Source: an uncultured Christensenella sp. | Lineage (GTDB): Bacteria > Bacillota > Clostridia > Christensenellales > CAG-917 | Length of the DNA stretch: 64,000 nucleotides | Reading direction: 5' to 3' | Assembly: GCA_910577815.1 (NCBI GenBank) | Contig: CAJTNO010000002.1 | Location: 192,985-256,984 of the forward strand | Part shown: positions 24,601 through 27,600 of the stretch, piece after piece | Position numbering within the stretch: the stretch's first letter is position 1 | Layout of the letters: every line of letters begins with the position of its first letter | Position numbers and translations under genes: made by a program | Notes under the pieces: model-generated | Database searches by the model: none | The model's input: only the letters and a program-made list of their open reading frames with translations | Told to the model about the DNA's origin: nothing

Positions 24601-27600
24601 TTCGGTATCGTTTACGGTAGCTCTCTTAATAAGATTATTGATATTGCCGAGAAGCACGCTCAAAATTCCCTTTGAGGCTTCTTCCTCGGTAGTATCGCCC
24701 TCGGCGGGAGTATTCTCCGCCCCGTCGTCGGGAGCGGTATTATTTTCACCCTCGGAGGGCTTATTTCCGCCTTGAATTGATTTGATAAGCGACGCGACGT
24801 CGAGATTTGCAAGCGCAAGGTGGAAGTCGTTTTTGATATCGAGATACACCGTGCTTACAGGCACGCCGAACTGCTCGCCCGTGTACAGAAGGTGTACGCC
24901 GAGCAGAGTATGCTTGGTTATGCTGGCCTGGTCGTTGAAATCAACGTCGTCGATTGCTACGTTATAAATTTCGATACCTATATCCGAGTGGGACAGTATA
25001 TAGTCGAAGTCAAACAGACTTGCGGGAATATACAGCTCGTCGTCTACGAAATTGCCTACGGTTTGGGGAGTAAGTATAACCTTTACGTAGTTTTCACCCG
25101 TCTTGAGATAGGCAACGCCCTTATTGGTCTTTTTATCGATAAGCTGATTATAATCCTTAGGAGCCTTTACAAGCGAAATCCCGTCGGGCAAATACTGCTT
25201 GATAAACAGCGTTCCGTCGTAACCCTTTATGCCGTCCTCGTCAAGCTGAATGTAGTTGGTGCCTTCGAGCTTATAAATTTCTCCGTATTTATACTTATTC
25301 TGAGCAATTTCATCCTTACTGATGGGGATGAACACCGTATTTTCTATAAAATCGATAAAGGATTCGGGGTTAAGACGGAGATTAAGCGAAATTCTGAAGC
25401 CGAGATTTGCAACGACCTCCTCGTCGATGTTATAGGAAAGCAGCAGCGAATGCAGGAAGGAATTGAGCGCGGGATTTTCGCCGTCCTCGTAGAACTGAGC
25501 AATCCACTTGCCGAGCGTCCAATCCGAGCTGCCCTGATTTGCGCCGAGGTCGATAGTACCCTTAAGCTCGAGGAAAACGGAGGGAATCTCCATATCGCCG
25601 TTGCCGTTGAACAGCGGAACTTCGATATAACCGTCCTTATCGTCCTTAAGATAGGTAGCCAAATCCTTTTTATTTTCGCCCTCGCCCACGGTAATGCCGT
25701 TGAGCATATTACCGCCTGCGATGATATTGATATCCGCGGCATAAAGCTTCGCGCCTATCAGGGTTTCTTCGTTAGCGTCGTTTATCTCGAAGTTGAGCGA
25801 AATTTGCTCGCCGCTTCTGCTTGCGAGCGTATCCCAGACAACGTCAATCCACGCCGTAACGTCGGTAAGGTCAAAGCCGACAAGCTCGTAGAGAGCCTCG
25901 ACAATGCCCTGCATAATTCTGATTTGCAGCTTTTCCGAGGTGAGAGAAGCCACCACGGACAGGGCAAGCTTTTTCTTTGTAAGCGCCTCCGCCGCGCTGT
26001 CGCCCTCCGCAACCGTCAAAGCCTCCTTGAGGGAGCCGTCGGGATTTATATTTATAGTACTGTCCTTAGCAATAATCTTAAGGAGGATATCAAATATATC
26101 CATCGGCACGCTGAACTTATTGATGCCGAAGTTACTGCCGTCCACGTACAGACGTTTACCCGTATAATACAAGCCGAGAAGCACCTTTTCGGGTTCGCTG
26201 AATTTCTTACCGGTAAGCTCGATAAGCAGCTCGGAGCGACGGTTTTTGGTGTCTACGTTCTCGTCGCCGAGCAGATAGCTCATAACCGACGCAAGGTCAA
26301 GACGTCCGCTCATCTTAAGCTTATACTCAAACGTACCCTTTTGGTCGAAGCCGACCGAAATAGTATCCGAGAAGGCGGGCATAAACTTATCCGCCTCGTC
26401 GTCGAAATAATACAGCAATCCCTTATATCCGGAGGGAACGGGATACTGCTCTATGGATTTATAGGTAATGCCGTCGCCGTCAAGCCAGTGAGTGCCTTTT
26501 CTGCCGAAATCGATGGTAGTGGTGCCCTGCTCGACGCTGAGATTTAATCCGAAAACGCCGTCGAACGACACAAACGGATTTGCAAACAAATCAACGAAAT
26601 CGTCCTTGGAATACTGAGTTTCCAAATCGAGATAATTGGTATTGCTCTCGCCGAGACCGGCTTCGAAGCCGTTAAGACCGATTTCGAAATTGACGTGGTC
26701 GCCTATGCTCATATAGATGCCGAGCTTAAGCTCGGACAGATTGAGACCGTCCACAAGCTCAATCTTGATACCGCCCTCTACGCCCGCGTCGTTTACTATG
26801 ATATCGATGCCGTCGATATCGAGACCGTCGATAAGCGCCTGAAGCAGATTGCTTACGAATGCGATTTCAATGGAATTTTTACCGAGGTTAATACCCTGTA
26901 TCATTCCGCCGATAAGCGCAATAATTCTGTCTGTGGACGTAGCCTGGGTAATATCCTCGTCGGCTGTGCCGTCGGCGGTAGCAAGAGCCTCGTCGTCGGC
27001 AGACAGAGCGTCCATCTCCACGCCCATCATAGACAGACGCTGAAGGTCAATCATAATCTTATCCACGCCTATGCAGAGCATCTGAGCGTTGATATACAGC
27101 TTGCCTTCCTGCAGATATATTGCGAGAACCTCGTTGTTATAGTCTATATTACCGCTCGCGTCCTTGGGCAGTAGCTTGATTTTGGCGGTGGATTTAAGCA
27201 GAGCCGCCTCGTTAAAGCCGCTTGTGAGGTCGATATCTGCCTGAATATCGGCAACAAGACCGCCTCTTATAGAGCCGAGCTTAAAGAGTATATCAAGCAA
27301 GACGTCAAAGGTCGTATCTCCGAGCGCCAAATCCTTAAGATTTACCTGAAGCTGGGCAAGCTCGCCGCTGAGCGCCTCGACGTTGATATCGAGACCTGTC
27401 TGGAGATTTACGTGCAGGATTTCCGCATTGAGAGCGCCGTCCTTGGTAATTGGCAAATAATGCTCGGAGTAAATATTTTCAAACAAATCGGCAAAGCCGC
27501 TCGGGTCGGAGATAGTGCCGAACTTGAGCTTAACGCCCGCGCCGAGCTTGACAAGCGGATTTTGCTCGCTCTTGCCGAGGTCAACCGCTATGGACAGCGA

